NCBI GenBank assembly: GCA_044220955.1
Contig: JBGAQA010000050.1
Coordinates: 1-46,748 of the forward strand
DNA from: Sandaracinaceae bacterium
GTDB taxonomy: Bacteria > Myxococcota_A > Polyangia > Polyangiales > Sandaracinaceae
Direction: 5' to 3'
Length of the DNA stretch: 46,748 bases
The position numbers and the translations under genes were made by a program. Positions 22,232-32,517 of the stretch are shown here, in pieces; within the stretch, counting starts at the first letter, position 1, and every line of letters starts with the position of its first letter. The notes beneath the pieces were generated by a model, which had not been told where the DNA came from, did not search any database, and saw only the letters and a list, made by a program, of their open reading frames with translations.

Positions 22232-24729
22232 GGGCTCTGCGCCCGCTGATGGTGCTCGCGCTCGGCGCCGCGCTCGCGGTGCCGGCCCACACGCGCGCGT
22301 GGGAGTCGGAGTGCCGCCCAGGCGACGGAGCGAGCTACACGGGCGGCCGCGCCACCGGCTTCGACGCGAGCATCTGCGCGGGCTTCGACGCGAGCCATCC
22401 GTTCTGCGCGCCGGGGACGGACTTCGCGCGCGGCGCGCAGATCGGCGAGCACGGCCACATCGCGAACGAGGCGCTCAACGTGGCCGGGCTCTCGGGCTAC
22501 GCCGGCGCCACGTTCGACCTCTCGTACTGGGGCACCACCGCGACGGTGTCGGCGGGCGATCCGGCGCGCCCTTCGGCGACGGTGCCCTCGATCGCACCGG
22601 CTCGCGTCGGTGCGATGTCCCACCGCGTCACGCGCCCGGTCACGATGGCCGGCTTCGCGCAGCTCGCCGACGGCAGCCACTCGGTGTCGGACTACCTGTT
22701 CGGCAACGAGCACTGCGTCGTGTCGGGCCTGCCGCGCCGAGATGCCGTGGGCAACCGCGCCTGCCACACGTTCGGCATCCACATGGGCCTGGTGAACTCG
22801 ACGCACTTCCTCCCGCAGGCGCGCGAGGTGTACCGCCGCTATCACCGCACCGCGGCCGATCTGATGATGCGCTGCGCCGACCTCGCGACGCGACTCGGCA
22901 CCAGCGCCCATCCGTGGGTGATCGCCCACCGCACCGAGATCACGCGGAGCTGCGAGCGCGAGGCGATGGCGGTCGAGACCTTCGCGTCGCACTTCCTCGC
23001 CGACGCGTGGTCGTCCGGGCACATGTGGGAGCGCTGGGGCGCGCCCGACGGGCCGGCCGACGAGCTGGGCCGGCTGGACCTCGCGACGGTCGCGATCGTG
23101 TCGGGCTTCATCCACGGGTTCCGCTCGGTCATCCGCGAGCACTCCGTTCCGTTCAGCGAGCACGACCGCCTCTGCATGCCGGGACCTGGCGGAGACGACG
23201 ACGCGGACGCCGTCCGCTGGCGCCAGCCCGCGCAGATGGCCGCCGAGGGCGGCGGAGACCTCTATCTCCTCGCATGCAACGCGTACGAGCGGGACGCGCG
23301 GCACGCGGTGGCATCCGGCATGGGCCACCAGCGGCAGCTCAACCGGATGCGCGCGTGCATCGCGCACGGCATGGGCGAGATCTACGATCTCGGGCCGCAC
23401 ACGCTCGGCCCGCGCGCGGGGAACGAGCGCGTGGTGGACTCCGGCGTGAACGCCGCCGAGGGCGACGAGTGCTGGACGGCGCGCGTCACCAACCACTCGC
23501 TCCGGATGGGCCTGAGCGGCACGTTCGACCTCGCGGATCCGAGCTTCGTGACCTTCCTCGCGATCGAGAAGGGCGTCTCGGAGACGGGCGCCGCGAGCGC
23601 CATCACGGACGCGCAGCTCGACCAGCGCGGCGATCGCATGCGCATCGAGGTCGCTCGGATCGGGGCCCGCATCGCCATGCGCGACTCCGAGACGGATCAC
23701 CTGACGGCGACCGACATGGCGACGCTCGGCGAGTCGATGCTGCAGTCGCTGATGGGCATCGGGCGCAACTCGACCTACGCGTCCGAGATCGCCGAGCTCG
23801 GCTACCTCGACGCGCACGACGTCACGTCGTGGCACGACCTCGCCGGCACGGCTCCTTGCACCGTCGACGCCGACTGCGCGCAGGGCGAGCTCTGCGATCC
23901 GACCGCCGGCCCCGGCGTGACGCGCGCCTGCGTCCGTCAGGAGGTCGCGTTCCTGCGGGAGTTCCGGTCGGGGGAGATCGCCCGGGCGTGCTCCGACGAG
24001 ACGGCGGCCGATCTGGACGCGGCGCGCGCTCTCTGCCGCACCGTCGGTGGCGAGGCCTGCGACGCCTGCACCGAGGTGCTGCTGCCGCACCTGCGCAACG
24101 GATGCGACGAGCAGTCGTGGCTCTCGGTCGACGGCACGACGCACCCCGAGTACGCGAGCGTCTGCGACGAGCTGCGGCGCGTCGGGGCGATCACGGTCAC
24201 GCCCGTCGGCGTCTACGACCGCTACCACGTCGGGGACGTCACGGACGCGGAGCGCGCCGCGCGCGGGCTCTGCGTCACGCCGCCGCCGCCGCCGCCGACC
24301 ACCCCGCCCACGTGGGACCCGCCGGGCACCGCGACGCCGCCCGTCTCGACCCTCGTCGACACGATCGGCAGCTACTTCGAGAACCACGCGTGGTGCGGGC
24401 CCGTCACCGACTACGTGACCTGGCACCAGCACCACGAACCGTACGCCGGCCCGCCGCACACGCACACGTTCCTGTTCGAGACCGCGGTGCTCCTCGACCT
24501 GCCGATGTCGGTGCCCTTCGATCACTTCGTCTTCGAGCGCCTCGCGAGCTGCGCGCCCGGCGCGGCGGTGGCGTCGGCCGGCGTGCCGGTGGACTCGAGC
24601 GGCGATGGGACGCCGGACGCGCTCCAGATCGACTGGACGCCTCCGATCGCCGGTGAAGACATCTGCCTGCGACTGCGCGATACGATGGATCTGGACGTCA
24701 CGGGGTGGCGCCTCCGGATCCTGCCGTGA
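22228..24729 (+). CDS. Large secreted Cys-rich protein with putative Zn phospholipase C/P1-nuclease-like domain
   Basis: Signal peptide TRA|W giving a mature N-terminal Trp, followed by 'GEHGHI', 'NSTHF', 'ASHFLADAWSSGH' and 'EHD'. Confidence 0.6.
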   Translation: MRALRPLMVLALGAALAVPAHTRAWESECRPGDGASYTGGRATGFDASICAGFDASHPFCAPGTDFARGAQIGEHGHIANEALNVAGLSGYAGATFDLSYWGTTATVSAGDPARPSATVPSIAPARVGAMSHRVTRPVTMAGFAQLADGSHSVSDYLFGNEHCVVSGLPRRDAVGNRACHTFGIHMGLVNSTHFLPQAREVYRRYHRTAADLMMRCADLATRLGTSAHPWVIAHRTEITRSCEREAMAVETFASHFLADAWSSGHMWERWGAPDGPADELGRLDLATVAIVSGFIHGFRSVIREHSVPFSEHDRLCMPGPGGDDDADAVRWRQPAQMAAEGGGDLYLLACNAYERDARHAVASGMGHQRQLNRMRACIAHGMGEIYDLGPHTLGPRAGNERVVDSGVNAAEGDECWTARVTNHSLRMGLSGTFDLADPSFVTFLAIEKGVSETGAASAITDAQLDQRGDRMRIEVARIGARIAMRDSETDHLTATDMATLGESMLQSLMGIGRNSTYASEIAELGYLDAHDVTSWHDLAGTAPCTVDADCAQGELCDPTAGPGVTRACVRQEVAFLREFRSGEIARACSDETAADLDAARALCRTVGGEACDACTEVLLPHLRNGCDEQSWLSVDGTTHPEYASVCDELRRVGAITVTPVGVYDRYHVGDVTDAERAARGLCVTPPPPPPTTPPTWDPPGTATPPVSTLVDTIGSYFENHAWCGPVTDYVTWHQHHEPYAGPPHTHTFLFETAVLLDLPMSVPFDHFVFERLASCAPGAAVASAGVPVDSSGDGTPDALQIDWTPPIAGEDICLRLRDTMDLDVTGWRLRILP

Positions 24730-24751
24730 GAACCAACGAGGGAGGACGACG

Positions 24752-25225
24752 ATGGACGGGACGAAGATCGCGATGGTGGTGTGCGTGGGAGTCGGGCTGG
24801 CGCTGGCGTCGGGAGCGGCCGGGTGCGGCACCCCCGCGGTGCCCGTGAACGACCACGACGTCGTCGCCAGCGTCGACGTCGAGTGGTCGAACCTCGGCGG
24901 GGCGCACCACTACGGCGAGTCGTCCTGTCCGCAGAACGTGGGCTCGATCCTGCTCACGAACACCGGCACCGTCGCGACGTCGGTCGACGTGACGGAGACG
25001 GCGTCGCAGCTCCACCTGCTGCGGGTGGCGTCGAGCGGCAGCGCGAGCCCGTTCACGGGGCCGGTCACCCTCGCGCCGGGCGAGTCGATCGAGCTGCGTG
25101 TCGAGTTCGACTGCACGATGACCGTCGACATCGCGACGAACATCCACGTCACGGCCACGCCGACGGGCGGGACGGCGGACTCGCTCGACATTCCGTTCAT
25201 GCTCGACATCCAGGGCGCGCCCTGA
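24752..25225 (+). CDS. Lipoprotein with Ig-like domain
   Basis: GGAGG RBS, lipobox AAGC, 'LTNTG...TLAPGES..L.V.F' Ig-fold motif. Confidence 0.75.
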   Translation: MDGTKIAMVVCVGVGLALASGAAGCGTPAVPVNDHDVVASVDVEWSNLGGAHHYGESSCPQNVGSILLTNTGTVATSVDVTETASQLHLLRVASSGSASPFTGPVTLAPGESIELRVEFDCTMTVDIATNIHVTATPTGGTADSLDIPFMLDIQGAP

Positions 25226-25284
25226 TCGAGCGCTCCGGGCATCGCCCGCGACGACCCGGACGCGGGGGGGCCGATCGACGACCG

Positions 25285-26478
25285 CACGTCGCGCCGAGGT
25301 CACTCGCCGCGCTCGTGCTCACCCTCGTCGGCTGTGCGAGCTGTCCGCCGCCGCCGGGCGCCGTCGACACGGCGGCGGCGCCCGCGGCCATCGACGTCGA
25401 CTCCGTCGATCGAGACCGGCTCGTCCACGTCCGGCTCGAGGCGGTCGGGGGGACGCTGTGGGTCCACACCGACGCCGATCCCGACGCGGCGGAGATCGGC
25501 GACGGCGAGGAGCCGCCGTGCCCGGAGCCGTGGGAGTGGGAGTCGCGCCAGCACGCCACGTGGGAGGCGGGCGTCACGGTGCTGCCGGCGCGGGCGGAGG
25601 CGGCCTCCGACGACGGCACGCCTGGCGGCTGGATGGGCATGGCGCTCCCGCTGGGCGACGGACGTGCGGTCGCGGTGCGCTCGTGGACGGTCGGCTGGGG
25701 CAGACGCGCGATCGGCGAGCGTGACGACGAGCTCGTCGCCATCACCTTCCCGGACGTCACGGTGCGCCCGCTCTACGCGCCCGGTGGACGGCTCCGGCTG
25801 ATGGGCGTGGTGTCGGGCCACCCCCTCCTGCTCGTCTCCTCGCGCGACGGCGCGCACCGCGTCGCCGCGGTCGACGCGAGCGGTCGCGAGATCGCGCGTA
25901 CGGAGGCGGTCGTCCCGCCCGAGGAGGTCCTGGAGTCGACCGCGATGCCGGCGACCGAGGTGGGCGACGCCGTGCCGGTGGACGCCACGACGATCGCGTT
26001 CGCCTGCACGCCGGCGCGCGAGGTCTGCACGGTGTCGTTCGACGGGAGGGCGTTGGCGCTGGCGCGCACCGGCGTCGTGCTCGGCGCACAGGACGCGCTC
26101 GTGGTCGCGGACGGTGTCAGCCACGTCGCGCGAGGCGCATCGTGCACGCCGCTGCTCGCGGGCGGGCCGAGCGCTCGATGCGAGGATCTCCCGCTCGAGG
26201 ACGGCCCCGGCCTCTCCGTGGACGGTGTCCTGGCCGACGACCTCGAGTGCGACGTGCTCGCGAGCCTCGCCCGGGACTCGGTCGCCATCGACCCGCGCGA
26301 GCCGGAGACCGACGCCGACGTCGCCGCGCGCTCGCGCGCCGGCGTCGTCGCCGCGCTCGTGAGCGAGGTAGCAGCCCGGCGCCGCGAGCGCGCAGAGCAC
26401 CGCGAGGCTCGCGCTCGGCGCGCGGATGCGCGAAGGGATCGTCAGCACCGGGTCCCGCAAGGGCCGCGGCAGCAGTGA
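25285..26478 (+). pseudogene. Lipoprotein-like ORF without a clear start and with an atypical C-terminal end
   Basis: Signal-like 'SLAALVLTLVGC' and high-GC3 body. No suitable upstream in-frame start (first GTG at 25315 lies inside the signal). The tail reads like antisense sequence. Confidence 0.4.
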
Positions 26479-26900
26479 CCCGCCGCGCAGTCGGCGTTCG
26501 TGCCGCGCGGTTCGCCCATCAGCCCGCAGCGCGGCAGCGAGCGGTCGGGGCGGACGCGAGCACGAAGACGAGCTCGCGCACGTTCGCCCCGGCGCCTCGA
26601 GGGGTGCATGCGAGCGTCGCGGAGAGCGCAGGCCGGTCGGCGGTGTTCGCGTCGTAGAGCGTGCGGGCGCCCACCTGCGTGGAGTCGTCCGGCGCGCCGG
26701 TCGCGGCGAGGGCCTGCGTCATGTGCGCGAGCGCTGCCGGATCCCCGTCTGCCGCGAGCATCCACGCGAAGCGGTGGTGGCGGCGAACTCCGGCATCGAC
26801 GAGAGCGTCGGCGCTGGGATCCTGGCGCAGTCGGGCGCCTGGGGGCGGCGCGGGGGGGCGCGGTGAGGGCGACGAGCAGCACCAGCACGGCCCGGGTCAC
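26442..26900 (-). pseudogene. Frameshifted secreted Cys-rich protein (or sequence errors)
   Basis: The signal peptide, 'QAPDCARIP..', 'FAWMLAADG..' and 'NADCAAGHCC..C' segments lie in different frames. Confidence 0.45.
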
Positions 26901-27037
26901 CGCGGCAGGATACGCGATCAGCGGGCGGCGCGAGCGGGCACGGTGCGGGCTCGGGTGCGCTCGGCGTGCGGCGCGCGCGAAGCCTCGGAGCGCGACGAGG
27001 CGTGTGTGCTTGACTGCTCCGATGCACTCCCCGGAGG

Positions 27038-28801
27038 ATGACGCGCATGCGTCGGACGCCAGCCCATGGCTCGAGCGTGCGCTCCCACGCTGCCGTGCTC
27101 GTGGCTGCGGTCAGCGTCGCGTGCGGCGGCGCGCCCGAGCCTGCGCCGATGGAGCCCGTGGTCGTGCCAGCGCCGCAGGCGACGGCGCCGGCCTGGGGTG
27201 AGGCGGTGGAGATCGCGGCGGTGCGCGGCGTGCCGGTCGAGGGTCCGCTCGACTGCACCTCCGAGGGTGTGTGCTGGCTCCACCCCCGACCCCGTCCGCT
27301 GCGCCTCCACGTCGCGGGCACCGGGCCGGGCGCCGTGTTTCTCTTCGGCGAGCAGATCCGACGCTTCGACGGACGCGGCTGGCATCGACTCGAGGGCTGC
27401 CCCGTCGCGGTCGACGCGATGTGGGCGGGGGCGGCGGATGACGTCTTCTTCGCGGATCTCCTCGGCGAAGACGACGACGGGTACCGGCCGGCCACGATCT
27501 GTCACTACGACGGAGTGGCCCTGACGACGATGACCCTCCCCGCGGACGCGCCGCTCGTCGCGCTCTGGGGCACCGGGTCGAGCGACGTGTGGGCCGTCGG
27601 CGGGAGCGATCACGCCGAGGAGGAGGACGACGACGGCCCCTGGCTCGTGGCGTGGCACTACGACGGGGCCCGCTGGCGGGCGGTCACCCTCCCGGCGCGC
27701 ACGCGGGGCCTGCAGGTCGTCGACGTGTGGGGCGCGAGCGGCGACGTCATGCTCATGACCGACGCGGGTGATCTCCTGCGCTGGGACGGGCGTCGCATGC
27801 GGCTCGTCGCCCGCGAGAGCGAGTCCGACCCGATCGTCGACGCGCGAGCCGCGAGCCGTCCCACGCTGGACGAGCAACGTCAGTCGCGCTGGGCCAGCGC
27901 CCCCGACGACGTCTACGAGATCGACGCGCGGGGGGCCGCCCGGCACTTCGACGGAACGACCTGGACGCCCGTCGCAGGCGTCGAGGCGCTCTTCGGGGGC
28001 GAGGTGCGTGCGCTCAGCGCCGCGAGCACGAGCGACGTCGCCATCTTGGGACACGACGCGGGCGGGTCGTGGCTGGGCCGCTTCGACGGAGCGCGATGGA
28101 CGCGCTACGAGCTCGGCGCGGGCACCGAGGCGCGCGCGCTCGTCCGGCTCGGCGACGGATCGCTCGTGGCCGTCGGAGATGGCCTGTGGCGCGTGGACGG
28201 TGAGCGCTGGCAGCACGACGCGGGCCCGACGGGGATCACCGACGCGTGGCCGTCCGGCGGCGCGCTCCACGCGCTCGACGCCGACGGTGTCGTACGGCTC
28301 TCGCCGGGGGGAGCGGTCGAGCGCGTCGCGCCCGCGCCGGGCATGCACCACGGGTGCGAGACTCGCGACGGTCGCACCCACCTGGTCGGTCGGCGCGGAG
28401 AGGCCGCCGGCACGGTGGTCACGCTGACCGGCGCGGACGCGGTCGAGGACGCCAGCCCCGCGGCGCTGCGTCGGATCTTCTGCGTGGGCGACGATCGCTA
28501 TCGCATCGGCGCGCGCGGGCTCGAGCTAGCCGGTGTGGACGCGTGGCGGAGCGTCGACCTCGGGCTCCCGCGGGGCGCCCGCGCACCGCGCGACTTCTCC
28601 TCGCTCGGGAGCGCCGATCTCGTGGTCGCGGGTGACTTCGGGGTCGTGCGCATCACCGACGGCGTGCGCTCGCAACTCGCGATCGGGGCGATCGATCGCG
28701 TCGCACTCGCAGCGGACGGCACGCTCGTCGCAGCCCGCGGCGGCAGCACGATCGCGCTGTACGTCGTGCCGGCGAGTCGGGAGCCCCCTCACGATCGCTG
28801 A
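27038..28801 (+). CDS. Lipoprotein with beta-propeller (WGxxxxDVWAVG/xxDGxxW) repeats
   Basis: Lipobox SVAC, repeated 'LWGTGSSDVWAVG' and 'HYDGARW' units. Exact start uncertain. Confidence 0.75.
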   Translation: MTRMRRTPAHGSSVRSHAAVLVAAVSVACGGAPEPAPMEPVVVPAPQATAPAWGEAVEIAAVRGVPVEGPLDCTSEGVCWLHPRPRPLRLHVAGTGPGAVFLFGEQIRRFDGRGWHRLEGCPVAVDAMWAGAADDVFFADLLGEDDDGYRPATICHYDGVALTTMTLPADAPLVALWGTGSSDVWAVGGSDHAEEEDDDGPWLVAWHYDGARWRAVTLPARTRGLQVVDVWGASGDVMLMTDAGDLLRWDGRRMRLVARESESDPIVDARAASRPTLDEQRQSRWASAPDDVYEIDARGAARHFDGTTWTPVAGVEALFGGEVRALSAASTSDVAILGHDAGGSWLGRFDGARWTRYELGAGTEARALVRLGDGSLVAVGDGLWRVDGERWQHDAGPTGITDAWPSGGALHALDADGVVRLSPGGAVERVAPAPGMHHGCETRDGRTHLVGRRGEAAGTVVTLTGADAVEDASPAALRRIFCVGDDRYRIGARGLELAGVDAWRSVDLGLPRGARAPRDFSSLGSADLVVAGDFGVVRITDGVRSQLAIGAIDRVALAADGTLVAARGGSTIALYVVPASREPPHDR

Positions 28802-28855
28802 CGCGGGGCGCGGCAGCGCGAGCTCCAAGGCGCGCGCGCACCGAGGTCGGGAGCG

Positions 28856-30241
28856 CTACTCGGCCAGCTCCCCCGTCGCATGCGCGAGCCGCGCCCGGGC
28901 CAGGTGCGCCGCGAGCCTCGCGCGCAGGTCCGCCAGTCGCGCCTCGGTGGCGCGGCCATCGGCCAGCAGCAGGTCGTTGAACGTCGACTCTCCTGCGCTC
29001 AGCGCGGCGGTCTGCGCGCGGTACGCCTCCTCCGCGGCCTCGGCGCTCGCGCGCGCCGCCTCCATCGAGCGCTGCGAGGCCCGCAGCTCGGCCACGGCCT
29101 GCCGGATCTCGAGGCGGACGCCGTCCTCGGCGAGGTGCATCTGATCCTCCGCCGCCTCGATCTGCGCCGAGAGCTCGTCCGCGCGGAACACCGCCGTCGC
29201 CGTGTCGCTCGGCGACCAGGTGAGCACCGCGCCGAGCTCCCACGCCGGGTTCCACGTCTGGCTCGGAGGCACCATCCGCGGGTTGGGGTTCGATTCCTCG
29301 GCATAGCCGTAGAGACCGACGTGCGGGAAGCCGGTCGCGAGCGTGCCGTCGCGTGCGCGCGACGTCGCCGCGATCGCCTCGCGCGCCGCGCGCAGTTCGG
29401 GGCGCCGATCGAGCGCCGCCTGCTCGAGCGCGTCGAGCGCCCCGGGCGCCGCGGGGGCCTCGCGCGGGATCGCGCCGGCGACCTCCCAGCGCGTGTCCGG
29501 CGGCGTGCCGAGCAGGATCGAGAGCGCGGCGCCGCTCACCTCGACCGCCGACTGCGCGCGCGCGAGCGCCTCCTCGGCCTGCGCGACGCGCGCTTCGGCG
29601 GCTGCGCGATCGGCCGGGCCCAGGATGCCTGCGTCGGCGAAGCGCACGATCTGATCCCGAAGCGAGGCGGCCTGGTCGCGCCCGCTCGCCGCGACCGCGG
29701 CGACGCCGCGCGCCTCGACGTAGCGGAAGAAGGTCTCGATCGCGGTCAGGGCGACGTCCGAGCGCGCCGCTTCGATCCTCAGGCGCTCGGAGCGCAGGCG
29801 CCCCTCGGCCCCCTCCATCGCCGGGAGCGCCGCGAAGATCATGTCCGAGACCGGCACCGTGAGCCTCGCGGTGAACGCGCCCTGGTCGCGCGGGATGTGG
29901 ATCGCGATGCTCGTGCCGGCCGGGCCGGCGAACTGCCCGTCGGGGAACCCGTCGACGTGTGCGTAGCGCGCGCCGAGGTCGAGGCGGGGCACCAGCGCCA
30001 TCGTGGCCGCATGGAGACTGGCCTCCGCCGCGGCCGCGGTCGATCGCGCGACGTCGACGCGCGGTGAGCGCGCGACCGCGAGCTCGGCGGCGCGCCCGGG
30101 CGTGAGCGCCTCCGTCCCCTCGGCGAGCGCGGCGTCGAGATCGAAGCGCGCCGGTGCCGGCGCTGCCTCCTGTGCGGAAGCGAGCCCCGGCGCGGCGAGC
30201 GCGAGGAGCAGTGCGAGGGGGCAGAGCGACGATCGACTCAT
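28856..30241 (-). CDS. TolC-family outer-membrane efflux protein
   Basis: Signal peptide, helical OEP repeats, 'RRPEL', 'AGESTFNDLL.A'. Last gene of the ABC operon. Confidence 0.9.
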   Translation of the reverse strand: MSRSSLCPLALLLALAAPGLASAQEAAPAPARFDLDAALAEGTEALTPGRAAELAVARSPRVDVARSTAAAAEASLHAATMALVPRLDLGARYAHVDGFPDGQFAGPAGTSIAIHIPRDQGAFTARLTVPVSDMIFAALPAMEGAEGRLRSERLRIEAARSDVALTAIETFFRYVEARGVAAVAASGRDQAASLRDQIVRFADAGILGPADRAAAEARVAQAEEALARAQSAVEVSGAALSILLGTPPDTRWEVAGAIPREAPAAPGALDALEQAALDRRPELRAAREAIAATSRARDGTLATGFPHVGLYGYAEESNPNPRMVPPSQTWNPAWELGAVLTWSPSDTATAVFRADELSAQIEAAEDQMHLAEDGVRLEIRQAVAELRASQRSMEAARASAEAAEEAYRAQTAALSAGESTFNDLLLADGRATEARLADLRARLAAHLARARLAHATGELAE

Positions 30242-30247
30242 GACGGT

Positions 30248-31393
30248 TTACTCCACGGTCTTGCGGAAGCGCAGCGAGGCGACGGTCGCGAGCGCGACGC
30301 CGAAGCACGCGAGCACGACGAGCTGTGGCAGGACGTCCTCGAGCGTCGCGCCCCGCACGAGCACCGCGCGCAGCACGTCCGTGTAGTGGCGCAGCGGGTT
30401 CACGAGCGTCAGCGGTTGCAGCCACGCGGGCATGCTCCGGATGGGCGTCGTGATCCCGGAGAGCAGCGCGGCAGGCATCATGAAGAAGAACCCGCCCATG
30501 AAGGCCTGCTGCTGCGTCGCGCTGATCGTCGAGATCAAGAGGCCCATGCTCAGCGTGCTCAGCAGGTAGAGCAGCGTCGCGCCCGTGAGGAGCACGAAGC
30601 TCCCCCGCAGCGGGACGTCGAAGACGTACGCGCCGACCACCATCGCGAGCAGGAAGTCGAACAGGCCGATGACCGCGAAGGGCAGCATCTTGCCCACGAG
30701 CAGGACCGCGGGCTGCACGGGCGTCACCAGGATCTGCTCGAGCGTTCCCGTCTCGCGCTCTCGAGCGAGGCCCATCGACATCACGATGGTCGTGATGATG
30801 AGCAGCAGCATCGACGCGATCCCGGGCACCATCGAGACCGCCGTCTCGAGGTGCGGGTTGTAGAGCACGCGCGGGCGCAGCTCGACGCCGGGGATCCGCA
30901 GGGCGGTCGCGGCGGCCCCCATGCGCGCGACGCGGGCCTCCACGACGTCGATCGACGCCTCGGCGAAGAAGCGGGTCACCGCTGCGCCGGCGACGGCGCT
31001 GCGGTTCGGGTCCGAGCCGTCGACCACGACCTGGACCGCCGCCGCCCGCCCGCTCGCGCTCCTCGCGAGATCACGGGAGAAGCCCCCCGGGACGATGACG
31101 GCGGCGGCCGCGTGGCCGAGGACGATCTCGTTCGTCGCTTCCTCCGCGCTCTCGCCGTCGCCGATGCGCTCGAGCGTTCCGTCGGCGAAGAGTCTCCGGA
31201 GGTGTGCGCGCGACGCGGGCGTGCGGTCGAGGTCGACCACGACCGTGGGGACGTGGTCGACGTCGAGGTTCGCCGCGTTGCCGAAGATGAAGAGCTGGAT
31301 GACCGGGACGACGAGGAGCATCGCGACCATGCGCTTGTCGCGCACCGTCTGGCGGATCTCCTTCGACATCACGGCGAGCAGGGCGGCCAGCAT
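30248..31393 (-). CDS. ABC-2 type permease (YbhR-like)
   Basis: 'KEIRQTVRD', 'ARERETGTLEQILVTP', 'NPLRHY'. Confidence 0.92.
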   Translation of the reverse strand: MLAALLAVMSKEIRQTVRDKRMVAMLLVVPVIQLFIFGNAANLDVDHVPTVVVDLDRTPASRAHLRRLFADGTLERIGDGESAEEATNEIVLGHAAAAVIVPGGFSRDLARSASGRAAAVQVVVDGSDPNRSAVAGAAVTRFFAEASIDVVEARVARMGAAATALRIPGVELRPRVLYNPHLETAVSMVPGIASMLLLIITTIVMSMGLARERETGTLEQILVTPVQPAVLLVGKMLPFAVIGLFDFLLAMVVGAYVFDVPLRGSFVLLTGATLLYLLSTLSMGLLISTISATQQQAFMGGFFFMMPAALLSGITTPIRSMPAWLQPLTLVNPLRHYTDVLRAVLVRGATLEDVLPQLVVLACFGVALATVASLRFRKTVE

Positions 31394-32517
31394 CAGGCGA
31401 GCTCCCGCGTGAAGCGTCGCGTACCGACGAAGAACATGACGACCGCGAAGACCGCCAGCGCGATCAGGTCGGTGTAGATCTCGGGGAATCCGTTGCCGCG
31501 GAGCAGGATCCCCCGGAGCGCGTGGATGAAGTAGCGCGCGGGCACGACGTTGCTCAGCACCCGGAGCGGAAGCGGCATGTTCTCGATCGGGAAGATGAAC
31601 CCGCTGAGCAGCATCGAGGGGAGCATCGAAGACATCGTCGCCATCTGCGTCGCGACCATCTGGTTCTTGGCGACGATGGAGATGACGAGCCCCTGCCCGA
31701 GCATGCCGAAGAGGAAGAGCATCGCGGCTGCGGCGAGCGCGAGCGGGTCCCCGCGCACCGGCACGTCGAAGACCCAGTTGCCGGCGGTGAGGACCAGCAG
31801 GGCCGCGAGCACGCCCAGGGCGAAGTAGGGCAGGAGCTTGCCCACCATGATCTCGGTCGTGCCGACCGGCGTGACGAAGAGCTGCTGCATGGACCCGCGC
31901 TCGTACTCGCGCGCCATCGTCAGCGCCGTGAGCAGCACGCACACGATCGCCAGCACGTACGCCACGAGCCCGGGCACCAGGTAGAGGGCCGAGCGGGACC
32001 CCGGGTTGAACCAGGTCGAGACGCGGGCGTCGTAGGGCGGCAGGACGCGCCCGCCGCGGGCCGCGACCGCCGCGGCCGCGCTGTGTCGGAGCACGGCGTC
32101 GGTCTTGCCGATGATCTGCGTCGCCGTGTTCGCCTCGACTCCGTCGACGAGGATCTGGACCGACTCGTGCTCGCCGCGCGCGAGGCCGTCGCCGAACCCG
32201 TGCGGGATGAGCAGCACGGCCGCCGCGGTGCGCGTCTCGAAGAGCGTGTCCGCGCGCTCGGGCGTCAGGCCCTCGCTCTCGACCCGCTCGAACTCGCCCG
32301 ATGCGAACATGTGCTCGGCGAGCTCGCGGCTCGTCGTCGACCGGTCGTCGTCGATCACCGCGACGGGCAGATGATCCATGTCGAAGCTCACGCCGAACCC
32401 GAAGAGGATGAGCAGCACCACCGGCATGCCGAGCGCGAGGTAGAGCGAGCGCGGGTCGCGCACGACGTGCAGCACCTCCTTGCGCGCGATGGCGACGATC
32501 CGGCGCGGCGAGATCAC
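31393..32517 (-). CDS. ABC-2 type permease (YbhS-like)
   Basis: 'KEVLHVVRDP', 'AREYERGSMQQLFVTP', 'LSGFIFPIENMP'. Confidence 0.92.
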   Translation of the reverse strand: MISPRRIVAIARKEVLHVVRDPRSLYLALGMPVVLLILFGFGVSFDMDHLPVAVIDDDRSTTSRELAEHMFASGEFERVESEGLTPERADTLFETRTAAAVLLIPHGFGDGLARGEHESVQILVDGVEANTATQIIGKTDAVLRHSAAAAVAARGGRVLPPYDARVSTWFNPGSRSALYLVPGLVAYVLAIVCVLLTALTMAREYERGSMQQLFVTPVGTTEIMVGKLLPYFALGVLAALLVLTAGNWVFDVPVRGDPLALAAAAMLFLFGMLGQGLVISIVAKNQMVATQMATMSSMLPSMLLSGFIFPIENMPLPLRVLSNVVPARYFIHALRGILLRGNGFPEIYTDLIALAVFAVVMFFVGTRRFTRELA

